Shown here: positions 25,467-37,741 of the stretch, in pieces
How the letters are laid out: each line of letters opens with the position of its first letter
Numbering within the stretch: position 1 is the stretch's first letter
From: Octopus sinensis
Taxonomy: Eukaryota
NCBI RefSeq assembly: GCF_006345805.1
Contig: NC_043017.1
Coordinates: 7,626,001-7,690,000 of the forward strand
Direction: 5' to 3'
DNA: 64,000 bases
Translations under genes and position numbers: made by a program
Notes under the pieces: generated by a model
The model's database searches: none
The model's input: only the letters and a program-made list of their open reading frames with translations
What the model was told of the DNA's origin: nothing

Positions 25467-27010
25467 GTAACATTACAAAGATATTAATGTCTGGCTTACT
25501 ACTACTGCTGCTGCTACTACTACTACTACCACCATCACTACAATTACTCTTCTTCTTCTTTATTATCCTCATTATTATTATTAAGATGGTGAGCTGGCAG
25601 AATCATTAGCATGCTGAACAAAATGCTTAGCAGTATTTTGCCCATTGCTACATTCTGAGTTCGAATTCTGCCTAGGTCAACTTTGCCTTTCATCCTTTCG
25701 GGGGTTGATAAAATAAGTACCAGTTGAACATTGGGGTTGATGTAATTGACTTATCCCTACCTCCCCCAAGCTTCCCTTGTGGCAAAAATTTGGAATAATT
25801 ATTAGTATTATCATCACCATCATCATTATTATTAAGGTGGCAAGCTGGCAGAATTGTTGGCACACCAGGCAAAATACTTAGCGGTATTTCGCCCATTGCT
25901 ATGTTCTGCACACAAATTCCACCAAGGTCAACTTTGCCTTTCATCCTTTCGGGGTCAATAAATTAAGTGAAACACTGGGTGGGGTCGATGTAATTTGACT
26001 AGTCCCCTTCCCAAAAATTTCAGGCCTTGTACCTATAATAATAATTATTATTATTATTATGGCTGTGTGGTAAGAAGCTTGCTTCCCAACAACACCGTTC
26101 TGAGTTCAGTCCCACTGCATGGCACCTTTTGGGCCAACCAAAACTTTGTGAGTGGATTTGGTAGAGGGAAACTCAAAGAAGCACGTCATATACATATATG
26201 TATATATCTATGTGTGGGTGTCTTTGTGTCTGTGTTTGTCCCCTCACCATCACTTAACAACTGATGTTGGTGTGTTTATGTCCTCTTAGCTAAACAGTTC
26301 AGCAAAAGAGACCAATAGAATAAGTACTAGGCTTACAAAAGAATAAGTCCTGAGGTTGATTTCTTTGGCTAAAAGTGGTGCTCCAGCATGGCCACAGAAA
26401 ATGACTGCAACAGGGAAAAAAAGAGTATTATTATTACTATTGAGTGAGAGAGCAGTGTATGCCATCAAAGTGACACTGGGTTAACATATATGAAGCCCAG
26501 TATACCCATCATGACTACCTGTCTATAAGGGTACACCAGGCACATGTATCACAACCATATGTGCATGACATGGTGATCTCATATCAAGATAAACCGCATA
26601 ACCTTGCAGTTGGGACCCAGTTAGAATTTTCTTCAAGTTGAGTAGCTCATCCCACTCAGCACAAATGTCTCAAATGGCTTTGGCAACCTTGGTTCCTTGA
26701 TTGAAAGCAAAAAGAAGCAGGTGCCGAAAATGCTGATTTTTTTTTTTTTTTTTTTTTTTTTTACCTATTTGGCACTCCATTGTGACATATCTGCAAACAA
26801 GTAAATCTTATCCAAATTTCAAAAGCAATTAACAAAAGTTATAGATGAAGAAGAGAACTACAAAACCCATAAAACACTACAATAAAAATATTTTTTTATA
26901 TTTTTTCAACCGACACTGCAAAGAAATGAAAACTTTTATCTGGCAACCCAATACTACCAATGGGGTTGGTGATGGAGGCTACGTTTCCTATTTACAAGCA
27001 ACCAAAACAT

Positions 27011-27227
27011 TAACCCTTTAGTGTTTGCATTATTCTGCCAAAATTAATCCTTTTTTATCCACATTGTTTTGAACTAATCATGCATTATCTTGTAGCTATG
27101 AGGTAGCTGTTAATTTTTAAAATGATATTGTACGGTTGGTGTGAGAGACCAGATCTGGCCAGTTTGAACATAGAACAGGCAGAATACTTCTGGCCAGATA
27201 TGGCCGGTTTAAATGCTAAAGGGTTAA
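27011..27227. mobile_element. piggyBac-like TTAA MITE directly upstream of DHDDS coding exon 2
   Basis: Reverse-complement match to 2329-2547. Confidence 0.75.
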
Positions 27228-27253
27228 ATGTCTGGCATTCTTTATTTCTGCAG

Positions 27254-27396
27254 GTGCTGAACTGGTGCCACAATCTTGGAATCACCGAAGTTACCGTTTA
27301 TGCCTTCAGCATTGACAACTTCAAACGGTCGAAGGAGGAGGTGGATTGTTTGATGGGTTTAGCACGAGAAAGATTCAAACGTCTTCTGCAAGAGAA
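27254..27396 (+). CDS. DHDDS: DHDDS coding exon 2 ([47 protein letters not shown])
   Basis: Acceptor ctgcag; donor gtaagt; 143 nt; YAFSxxNFKR motif. Confidence 0.97.
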
Positions 27397-28362
27397 GTAA
27401 GTCATGTAATTATATTGTTACCTAAAATTTGAGTTTTTTGTAATGGCCTCTGCTCCTCAGAGTTGGTTGAACTCATACCACCTTCACTCAGGCATTCCTT
27501 TTCCCATTCTTCTCTCCTCCTCTCTTCACACTTGTGTCCAAGGTCTTCATTCCCCCAACCCAAACCTTAATCCAGTGTTTCTCAACCATTTTTAGTCTGT
27601 TGACCCCTTTGGTTCCTATTTTACTCGGTTGGACCTTCCTAACTATTTGATGCTTAAAAAACCTATTATAATTTTAAGATTAAATATCATTACAAATTGT
27701 ATCATCATCATCATCATCATTTAGCGTCCGTTTTCCATGCTAGCATGGGTTGGACGGTTTAACTGGGGTCTGTGAAGCCGGAAGGCTTCATCAGGCCCAG
27801 TCAGATCTGGCAGTGTTTCTACGGCTGGATGCCCTTCTTAACGCCAACCACTCCGTGAGTGTAGTGGATGCTTTTTACGTGCCACCTGCACAGGTGCCAG
27901 ACAGAGCTGGCAAACGGCCACGAACGGATGGTGTTTTTACGTGCCACCGGCACGGGGGCCAGGCAAGGCTGGCGACAGACATGAATGGATGGTGCTTTTA
28001 CGTGCTACCAGCACGGGGCCAGGCAAGGCTGGCAAGGGACAAACAATCGGATGGTTCGCTTAACCACAGCTGCAATTTCCACTGATGTTGATCGGCCTCA
28101 ATTTTGGTTCTGCTTTCTGATATCTGATTTGGTTGGAAGTGTAACCCAAGTCTCCAAGTTCGGTTCCAGGCAGTGACCTGTATAATAATAATAATAACAT
28201 CGAAAAATACCTTAGGAATGAGAACCCAGGTTCGAAATTTCCCCAAGACACCTGATGAAGGCTGGAGAGTATATCAGCCGAAACATTGTGTTAACAACAA
28301 ACAAGATGAGGACAAATATCTGTGAAATGTAAATAATGTTTATTAATTTAATTTAATTTCAG

Positions 28363-28479
28363 AGAGGAATTATTGAAGAATGAAGTGTGTATCCGAGTGT
28401 TTGGTAATCTGAGTTTGCTTCCAAAAGATATCCGAGAGAATATTGCTGAAATTGTCACAATTTTCAAAAACAATTCCAG
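28363..28479 (+). CDS. DHDDS: DHDDS coding exon 3 (KEELLKNEVCIRVFGNLSLLPKDIRENIAEIVTIFKNNSR)
   Basis: Acceptor tttcag; donor gtaagc; 117 nt; phase-consistent; matches VCIRVxGxLxLLP. Confidence 0.95.
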
Positions 28480-29640
28480 GTAAGCAACATCTCAATCATT
28501 ACTCAACAATTGATGCCATAATTCTGTCAGTCACTCTGTTATGACAGAGAGAACATTTATTATTCATTTGTGGAAGTTTTCTGTAAAAGTTAGAGCCAAC
28601 ACTGAAAGTTACGATATTTTGCATACAAATACATCTGTGTAAACAATGCGACCAAAGAAAGACAAATAGGTAATGCATGTATATACATATTTCAGGAGTT
28701 ATTTCTGTTTCTTCAGTATCACATCCAACCCATTAATCATCCACATCCATGAACACATCACTTATAAGCCTTTGATATACCTGGTGGAATATTATAGTTA
28801 GATAACGAAATATAGTGTCCCTACCTGCAATTAATATTACTATTCTGTGTTTGTGCAGACAAAGTTATGGTTATGACAATTCTTCTTAACCACAGTTGTG
28901 TGGTTAAGAGGTTTTGTCTTGCACCCACATAGTTTCAGGTTCAGTCCCACTGACTAGAACCTTAAATAAGTGTCTTTACAGTTAATGCTTATTTTGTCTC
29001 TCTGTTCAGACCTAGAGTACAGGCATGGCTGTTTTATTAAGATGTTTCCTTTGCACCCACATGGTACCTAATCTAACCCCACATAGCCTTAAGTTTATAT
29101 ATATATATATATATATATAAAGTCCAACCCGTGCTAGCATGGAAAACAAACATTAAATGATGATGATGATATACACACACACACATATATAGATACATAT
29201 ATATGACAAGCTTCTTTCAGCATCCGTCCATCAAATCCACTCACAAGGTTTTGGCCAGCCTGAGGCTGCAGCAGAAGGCACCTACCCATGGTGCCACACG
29301 GCAGTACTGAACCTGGAACCACGTGGCTGGGAAGCAAGCCTCCTACCACACAGCCATGCCATCCATCGAATCATTCAAGCATCCAACCCATGTTGGTATG
29401 GGTTGGATGGTTTGACAGGATCTGACTTGTCAGAGGACAACATTGTGTTCCAGTGTCTGCTTTGACATGGTTTCCGAAGCTGGATTCCCGTTCTAATGTA
29501 AACCACTTTACAGATTGTATTGAGTGCTTTTTAAATGGCGCCAGCACTATACAAAGTGAGATTGTTGCATGGCTTGCAAGCTTCAGATCCCCGTCGAATG
29601 AGAGGACCAACATTTGAGAGGGAAGCAGCTTTATGCTAGG

Positions 29641-30012
29641 TCAGTGATTCTCAACCCTTTTTTGCTGCTTATGAACCCCTTTGATTCCTATTTATTCATA
29701 GTCATTTGATGCATTAAAAAAAATTAATTACTCCATCAATTCCTAGGGATATCTGAAGAAGGAATTTTTATTCTGAAATATCACAACAGACTAAGGATGA
29801 TTAAATTATAAAAGTTATTATAGTTCATCGTTTGTATTATAGTGCATTGTTGTGTCATTCAAAACATTTTATTCTTTACAAAAAAATTACTGTATTTTTT
29901 AATAATTAAATATTATTGGAAACTGTATAAAAAAAATTAATATATTTTGTGCATTGCAGAAGTATAAACAAATTATTGCACATAAATTTTAATAAAATCT
30001 TATATGGATCCC
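29641..30012. mobile_element. hAT-like MITE fragments (cagtg.ttctcaacc ends); related pieces at about 27572-27700, 36880-37026, 41978-42170
   Basis: Shared hAT/Charlie-type terminus and internal ga(a/c)ccc.tttgatt sequence. Confidence 0.5.
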
Positions 30013-31620
30013 TAAGTGTGCGGTCGATTGACGCACTTAGTGTCGAATTAATGTCCTATTTTTCTTTATTCGCTCATGATTATATATTCTTCTGTTTTGG
30101 ATTTATATTTTAAAGCAGAATATTTATCTATGCAAGTATGCCGTAACAATAAATTCATACTTCGTAATTTCTAAAACTATCTAACGTATCATTAAAAAAC
30201 AACACACAGTATTGTGTGAACTGAGTGAAATTTGACTGCTAATTTAACATATAGAAAGACAGCATAGTGGTTCTTTATTTTTCTTCGACACGATCAAATC
30301 AGTATCTCATTATCCGACTCATTATTCTTTTCTAAGACAAAAGATTACGATTTGAGAGAGATTTGGCTGTTACTTCTAGCAGGCAGTCGAATGACTACAT
30401 AGAGACTTCCTTGGTTTTCATTACCGTTGTTGTTGTTGTTCAGACGCTATGGTCTCATCCTGATCCGGCCAACCTATGATCAAAAGTTCCATTCCAGACC
30501 AATGTGTCACATTTTCTTTTAGATATATGCACAGACATGGCTATGTGGTTAAGAAGCTTGCTTCCCAACCACATGGTTTCGGGTTCAGCCCCACCGCGCG
30601 GCAATTTGGCTAAATGTCTACTACTATAGTCCTGGGTTGGCCAACGCCTTATGATAGAATTTGGTAAACGATACATATAATGTGTGCGCGTTTGTGTTTG
30701 TTTCACACACACACACACCGCTTGACGACCGTTGCTGGTTTGTTCACGTCCTCGTAGGTAGGTTAGCAGCATAAAACCGACAGAATCATTGCCAGAATTT
30801 ACATAAGTACTGGAGTCGATTTGTTCAACTAATACCCTTCAAGATGATGCTGCAGCATGGCCGCAGTGCAATAAGTAAAACGAGTAAAAGATAAAGGATA
30901 TAGTGTATTCGCCAGGATTACATTTTATTCACTATCTTTTTCTAAAGACGTTAGGATGCGATTTGAGGAAAATTTCGCTGCTATTTCTAGCAGATTGAGC
31001 GAATCCGAAGAAGCTGCTTTATTGGTTCAATGTCGTCTGCTGTTGTGCAACCCCAGGTCAGCCCTGAGTCAACAACCCTACGATCAAATGCAATCCAACC
31101 ATGGTCATGGTGTCTCTGTATAGCTAGGTTGTTCTATGTATTTTTTGTAAGACGGTGAGGCGAATTTAAGCAATTTCATATGATCAAAATAGTTTTAAAA
31201 CTAATTTAGGACCGCGTGAAGGAGCCTCTTTGTTAATAGAGGAGGAGGAGAAGAAGGTGGTGGTGGTGGTGGTTCACAGTATCATCGTCATCACCGTCGA
31301 GGCAAATCTGAGGTTAATTGGCTGCTATTTCATGTCATGAAAAATAGGTTTATAAAGCTTATTTTAAAACTACGTAAAGTGACAACTTTGTTGTTAGTGA
31401 TGATGGGTGGTGGCGTTGGTTTGTGGCATACAGTACCATCATCATCGTGAAGCAAATTTAAGGTCAATTGGCTGCTATTTCATTTCCTCAGAATAGTTTT
31501 TTTCTGGCGATTTCAAGATCGCGTTAAAGTCCTCCTTTGTCGATAGTGATGATGGCCTCCTCGTATCCCCCCCCCCGCCATCACTATCTGGTTTCATATA
31601 CTACAGATGAGAAGTAATCT

Positions 31621-32030
31621 GGATCTTTTCGGTTTGAACGGCAGTTTTTTCTAGCGGTGTCATGAAATTGTCACCCATAATTATGACCCTAGTATCGATC
31701 TATTGCATTTCAATCTGTTTTAGGGTTAGGGGTGGGGGGAAGGGTATCTTTTTTTTTCTTCACGAATGTAAATAAACCCAATCTGTTTCTTAAACGAGGG
31801 ACATATTCATACGGCACAGAATTTTTTTTTTTTTACTTCAATAGACGTCAGTGATTGGTTGAAATTGCAGAAAAAAAAAACAAATATCTTACAAACCATA
31901 GAATTTTCTCAATAAAGCCAAGAGAAAAAGATGTTTTATAAACACATTCTACCAGTATACGAAGTTTAAAAGTGTTTAGTTACGTGGAAATTATTTTTTT
32001 TAAAAACTGCCGTTCAAACCAAAAAGATCC
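31621..32030. mobile_element. MITE with 29-bp TIRs and an 8-bp TSD, Merlin-like
   Basis: TIR GGATCTTTT(C/T)GGTTTGAACGGCAGTTTTT at both ends (1 mismatch); flanks agtaatct and aataatct. Confidence 0.8.
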
Positions 32031-33855
32031 AATAATCTGAAGAATTTGAACGAATGCGCAAAACCGAAAATTTGAAGCGATTTCCTCTGAAAAAAAAAAA
32101 TTTAAAAAAAACAAAAAGTAAGGTCAAGTTCGCTACAGGGTCATTGGTTTAAGTTAAAGAGACCGAATGGAGGTATTCGGGATCAACTTAGCAAGATCGA
32201 CAGGCCTAGACTGTATAAAGGTGATAGACTGAGTCGCGCACTTCCTAATGAGAAAAGGGAGAATGAACGTTATCAATACCTGTAACCGCGGACCTCAATT
32301 AATACTAATCTGCAACTTATTTATATACTTAGAGTATACGGTGTATATAAAATTACAGTTGCATCTTATTTGCATAATGTTATCGTACAAACGTCCGAAG
32401 ATAATTCTGCCGTCGTTCTAATTGTCGATTGTCCCACCTAATTGTGATTGGGTGGTAATTTTTTAAACGCCTGTGAGAATAGATTATTCGTAGAGTTCGA
32501 CAGAAGCGTGGTAGGGAGGGTTGGTGCTTCGTCGTCTCTTGTCGCACTTGCCCCCGATATCTTACCATTCTTGTGGAAGATGAAGGGAGATAAGAGAGGC
32601 TGGTCCTGCTTTGTTTGTGTGTAATGAAGGGAAATAAGCGATGGTTGCTTGCCGACTTCTCACCTCTGCTGTTATTCTTACTACTGCTACCCCCACCATT
32701 ATCACTACTTTTGCTGTTGTTCAGTTCTTTGCATCGGGCCCGATACTAAGGGCAGCATCTCCTAGCATTATTTGCACCACGGATCAGGGAATTTCCCATG
32801 TAACAAAATTCGATAAAGTTCATATTATATGATTGAATTATTACATATATATAATAAATAAATTAATTAATTAATGCGCCCTTTCAAAGCCAAGCCAGGC
32901 TCATGGGTCCGGTTTCAATGGTATATGTGTTCCCCAGCTGGACGGGACGCCAGTCCATCGCAGCGTTACTCCAAATCAGCCCTGGTTCATCACAAATTTG
33001 ATTGAAGGTGTTCTAGCCATGACTATCCTATCTACTTTTCTATATGCTCTTTCTTTTTAAAGACGTTAGGAGGTGATTTAATAGAATTCGACTGCTGCTT
33101 CTAGCAGATCAACCACTATACAGAGTTCCTTCAATGGTTTGTTATTCATAGGCTCGAGAACAAAGGGTGCAAGTGTACCCACTAAAAGTTTTGTAGGGCA
33201 TTGAAAACTTTTGGAACAAAGAGGTAGGCGTGGCTGTGTGGTAAAACGCTTGCTTCCCAACCACATGGTTCTAGGTTCAGTCTCACTGCATGGCACATTG
33301 GGCGTGTGACTCCTACTATAGCCTTCGGCCAACCACTGCCTTTTGAGTGGATTTGGTAGATGGGAACTGAAAGAAACCCGTCATATATATATTGTAAGCC
33401 TAGTACTTTTTTCTGTTGGTTTCTTTTGTCGAACTGCTAGGTTACAGGGGACGTAAACACACCAGCATCAGTTGTCAAGCGATGTTGGGGGAACAAGCAC
33501 ACACACACACACACACACACGTTTCTGCCCACTAAATCCACTCACAAGGCTTTGGTCAGTCTGAGGCTATAGAAGAAGACACTAGCCAAAGGTACCACGC
33601 AGTGGGACTGAACCCAGAACCATGTGGTTGGTAAGCAAGCTACTAATTACACACCCGCTCCTGCGCCTATATAAATACACAAAATTGATTCTGCTAGATT
33701 ATTCCTCTAAATATTACCTCATACACTCGTCTTTGAGAACATTGACCCCTTCCTCTCATCACATGGTCCAAAATAACCACCTAAATTTATTGTTTTAGTA
33801 CCTTTGAACTATTTGTAAATAATTGTAACTAAGAATCTAACATTGAATTTTGCAG

Positions 33856-33957
33856 GAACATTTTAAACATCTGTATTGCTTATTCTTCCCAAGAAGAGAT
33901 AACCTGTGTTTTGAAGGAAGTGACTGAAGCTGTGCAGCTAGGACTGATCAAAACAAG
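33856..33957 (+). CDS. DHDDS: DHDDS coding exon 4 (NILNICIAYSSQEEITCVLKEVTEAVQLGLIKTS)
   Basis: Acceptor tttgcag; donor gtaagg; 102 nt; LNxCxAY motif. Confidence 0.95.
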
Positions 33958-33975
33958 GTAAGGTATATATTATAT

Positions 33976-34296
33976 GGAGCACTCCGTCGGTTACGACGAC
34001 AAGGGTGCCAGCTGATACGATCGACAGAACAGCTTGCTCGTGAAATTAACGTGCAAGTGGCTGAGCACTCCACAGACACATGTACTCTTAACGTAGTTCC
34101 CAGAGAGATTCAGCGTGACACAGAGTGTGACAAGGCTGGCCCTTTGAAATACAGGTACTACTCATTTTTGCCAATTGAGTGGACTGGAGCAATGTGAAAT
34201 GAAGTGTCTTACTCAAGGACACAACATGTCACCTGGAATTGAACTCATGACCTTATGGTCGTGAGCTGAATGCCCAAACCACTAAGCCATGCACCT
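33976..34296 (-). mobile_element. tRNA-derived SINE family D. Other copies at about 24850-25085, 46081-46245, 47555-47790
   Basis: Minus-strand head ggtgcatggcttagtgg...gagttcaattcc and gtccttgagtaagacacttca core; repeated elsewhere in the window. Confidence 0.7.
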
Positions 34297-35159
34297 TCAC
34301 TAATACATATATATATATATATTTCTCATCTTTGGGTGTGTGTGCATGCATGTGTGTATCTTGAGTGGGTCATTATGCCAATGATAAACACATGCACTCA
34401 TTATATTTCACTTATTTACTATCTGTCTGTTGGCAAACTATTTAACCTATTCAGAAATAATCCTTTCTTCTATAGGCAGTGGACCTGAAATTTCAGAAGA
34501 CGGATGTGCTTGTCAATTACATCTGAACTCGGGACATAGACGCTGACTAAATTCCAGCACACATTTTTTCCAGCATGCTAACAATTCTGCCAGCTCACTG
34601 CCTTGAAATAGAACAAGTGTGTGTGTTTATTATTGGCATAATTGCTCTCCTGATATACAAAATAATGTAGTTGTACTGTGCTATTAATGCAGTTGTCAGC
34701 AAGTTGGTAGAATTGTTAGCATTCTGGGTGAAATACTTAGTAGTGTTTCATCCTTCCTTATGTTCTGAGTTCAAATTCCGTCGAGGCTAACTTTGCATTT
34801 CTTCCTTTTGGGGTCAATAAAATAAGTACCAATCGAACACTGGGGTTGATATAATTGACTTAACTACTCCTGGGTATGAGTAAAAATGCTACACCCCTCT
34901 GCCAAGGGTGGCAGAGTAGGCTTATCAAACCAGTATGATTTCAAGCTCAGATTCATGGCTTACACATCAGACTGTGGTTGGTGGAAAAAACATGCTGAGG
35001 CCCTCAACCTGCAATGGACTGAACATAGGTAATCCAGTCAAGTCCAATACAGTTGTCATGTTTACTTTTCAAGTTTTTAAAGAATTCCATATAAAACTGT
35101 TGTGTTGTTAACTAACGTTTTTTGCATGATTGTTACAAGTATTTCTATCTTTGATGCAG

Positions 35160-35274
35160 TGATATTGATGAAGAGGTTCTCCAAAACTGCATGTACAGTG
35201 GCAGATCTCCCAACCCGGATCTTGTAGTGCGAACATCTGGTGAAGTGAGACTCAGTGGCTTCCTTGCTTGGCAG
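35160..35274 (+). CDS. DHDDS: DHDDS coding exon 5 (DIDEEVLQNCMYSGRSPNPDLVVRTSGEVRLSGFLAWQ)
   Basis: Acceptor tgcag; donor CAG|gtaagt; 115 nt; RTSGExRLS motif. Confidence 0.97.
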
Positions 35275-36358
35275 GTAAGTAACCTCGTTTACCTACAACC
35301 AATCCATACACCCACCTAGCTATATATTTTGTGGGATGGGGTTGGCTCTTAAACACATGAAGGATACAATTTGATTGCATGAAAAACTAATTATTCATTG
35401 CTCTACATCTGCTGAGGTCATCCAGTTCAATACTGAACAATGATGTTGATGATGATGACAATGATGATGAAAACAACAACAACACACACACATACAATAC
35501 AATACAGACACTAATACAAAAGACCCCAGCCAAACACCATAACAAAACAAACTGAAGCAATACAATACTGGGAAGTGTTTGTATTCTCCCAACACCAAAC
35601 AAAAAAAAAAACAATAACACACAATGCTGCACACATTTCAGCAATACAGAAGTGTAGCAGGTGATGCAGTAGAAACAATAATAACTGCTCTGATGCAGTA
35701 CCAGGCAGTGGCTCTCATGGCTTCTGATCTTAACTGATTGGAAGTGTTATCATGTACATTGTTTTGTCTTGGTATAAAAGATGGGCTACAGCAAATATTC
35801 TGCTGAATACCACAGATTTGCTTGTCAGTTGTTTGACCTTAACCAGTTGAGCATGTCCCTTAGTGGCTGACGATATGTGCATCTCTGATCAGGAGCAGAA
35901 GTAGTGGGGGAGCATCATAGCCGTGTGTTGAGAGGGATTCTTTAGGGTTTGGATAATTCACCTCTAGAAAAATGGGTGTTTCGTTCAACATTCTTAAACA
36001 ACTCCTATTCAAGGACCTTTTGAGCAGGATGGGTTACTCAACCTGAAGAAAATTCTAACTGGGCCCTACATGCAAGGTCATGTGTTGTTTATCTTGATAT
36101 GAGATCACCATGTTGCACACATGTGGTTGCGATGCATGTGCCTGGTGTACCCTTATCAAACGTGTAGTCATGGTGGGTATATTGGGTTTCATATATTTGT
36201 ACCCCAGTGTAAATAAACACCACCAACTTTAGTATTTATTTCATTGGTTCTGTATTTTATGAAACCCAAAAGGCATGAAAAGCCAAATAAGAATAAAGAT
36301 GAGGATGATATTTTTTCATTCAGTTTTTTTTTTTTTTTTGTTTTTTTTTATATTTCAG

Positions 36359-36466
36359 AGCAGTTTCAGCTGTTTATCCTTCTTGAATGTTCTATGGCCA
36401 GAATTTTCCATTTGGCATTTATTTCTCTCTATTCTCCAGTATCAACGTAGCCATGATGTAATTCAA
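36359..36466 (+). CDS. DHDDS: DHDDS coding exon 6 (SSFSCLSFLNVLWPEFSIWHLFLSILQYQRSHDVIQ)
   Basis: Long T tract then tttcag acceptor; donor gtacgt; 108 nt; VLWPEF motif. Confidence 0.95.
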
Positions 36467-37741
36467 GTACGTACACTTACATTTATTAATGTATATTAGA
36501 GTAACTGGCTGTTTGATGAAACTGTTTGGTAGAATGCTTGATTGTGTGTGATGGTTTGTTGTGTATCCAAGCTGAAATTGTTGGACAAACAGCTAGGCAT
36601 AGCCAAGATATCAGGAAATAGTTGTTTGATGAAACTCTTCAATAGAATGCTTGATGGCATGTGATGGTTTGTTGTGTATCCAAATTCAAATTGATGGACA
36701 AATAACTAAGCATAACCAACATACTTGTTGTAACAGCTTTATGATTTATAGTATGTTTGGTGAAGACATTTGAAAACATTCATTAAATGATATGGTTGGT
36801 TGTTTGATGAAATGCTTATCAGTAACAACGTGCATTGGAGAGTAAATAGCAAAGGGTGTATTTGAAATGTTTGCTGTAAACAGGGTCCGCAAACGGGTTC
36901 ATGAACTAAATTCAAAATGTCAAATATATGTATGTGTGTGTGTGTATGTGCATATAAAAAGGGGTCTGTGGGATAAATCATTTAAATAAAAGGGGTCCTT
37001 GCTAGTGAAAAGGTTGGGAACCACTGTTGTACATGGAAAAATTTATGAAGTATCTTAATGGCTGTGTGGTTACGAAGTTCCCTTCCCAACTCACAGTTTC
37101 AAATTCATCCCCACTGTGTGGCTCTCTGGACAAATGTCTTCTATTATTACCACAGGCTGAGTAATGGCTTGTGATTGGATATGGTGGACAGAAACTGTAA
37201 CAAGCTTATCTTGTGTGTGTTACTGTCTCCTAGCCTTGACGTCATGTGATAGTTGTGAACAAGTGTCAGTGTTATACAACCAGTTTCATTGATTTCCAAA
37301 GTGCAGTGAACACATGTCCAGCTATGGGGAAATATTACCTTACTTGGAAACAAGTGAGGTTTGGTGACGGGCAAGGCATTTGGCTGCAGAAAATCTACCA
37401 CACTGAATTCCATCTAACCAATGGAAAAGTGTACATTGGTCTGTTGGCAATAATTCCGAGAGAATGCATGTTTACCAAAATGTTTGATGGAATGATTAGA
37501 CTGAGAATTTTTTTTAGTTAAATAGCTACAATATGCCTTTCATGAAAGGCTTTGTATTTTATTTCATTTCCCCTCTTTATTGTATCTTATCCTGTTTTAT
37601 TTCATTTCATTCTATTTGATTTCTTCTCATCCTCCTCCCTTTCTATCCTACTTACGATGTTTCCCTGTTATCTTACTAATGAAAGTTTTGTTTGACCTGA
37701 CAAAATATTTGATCAAATTTTTCTTTCTTCTTGTCTTCTAG

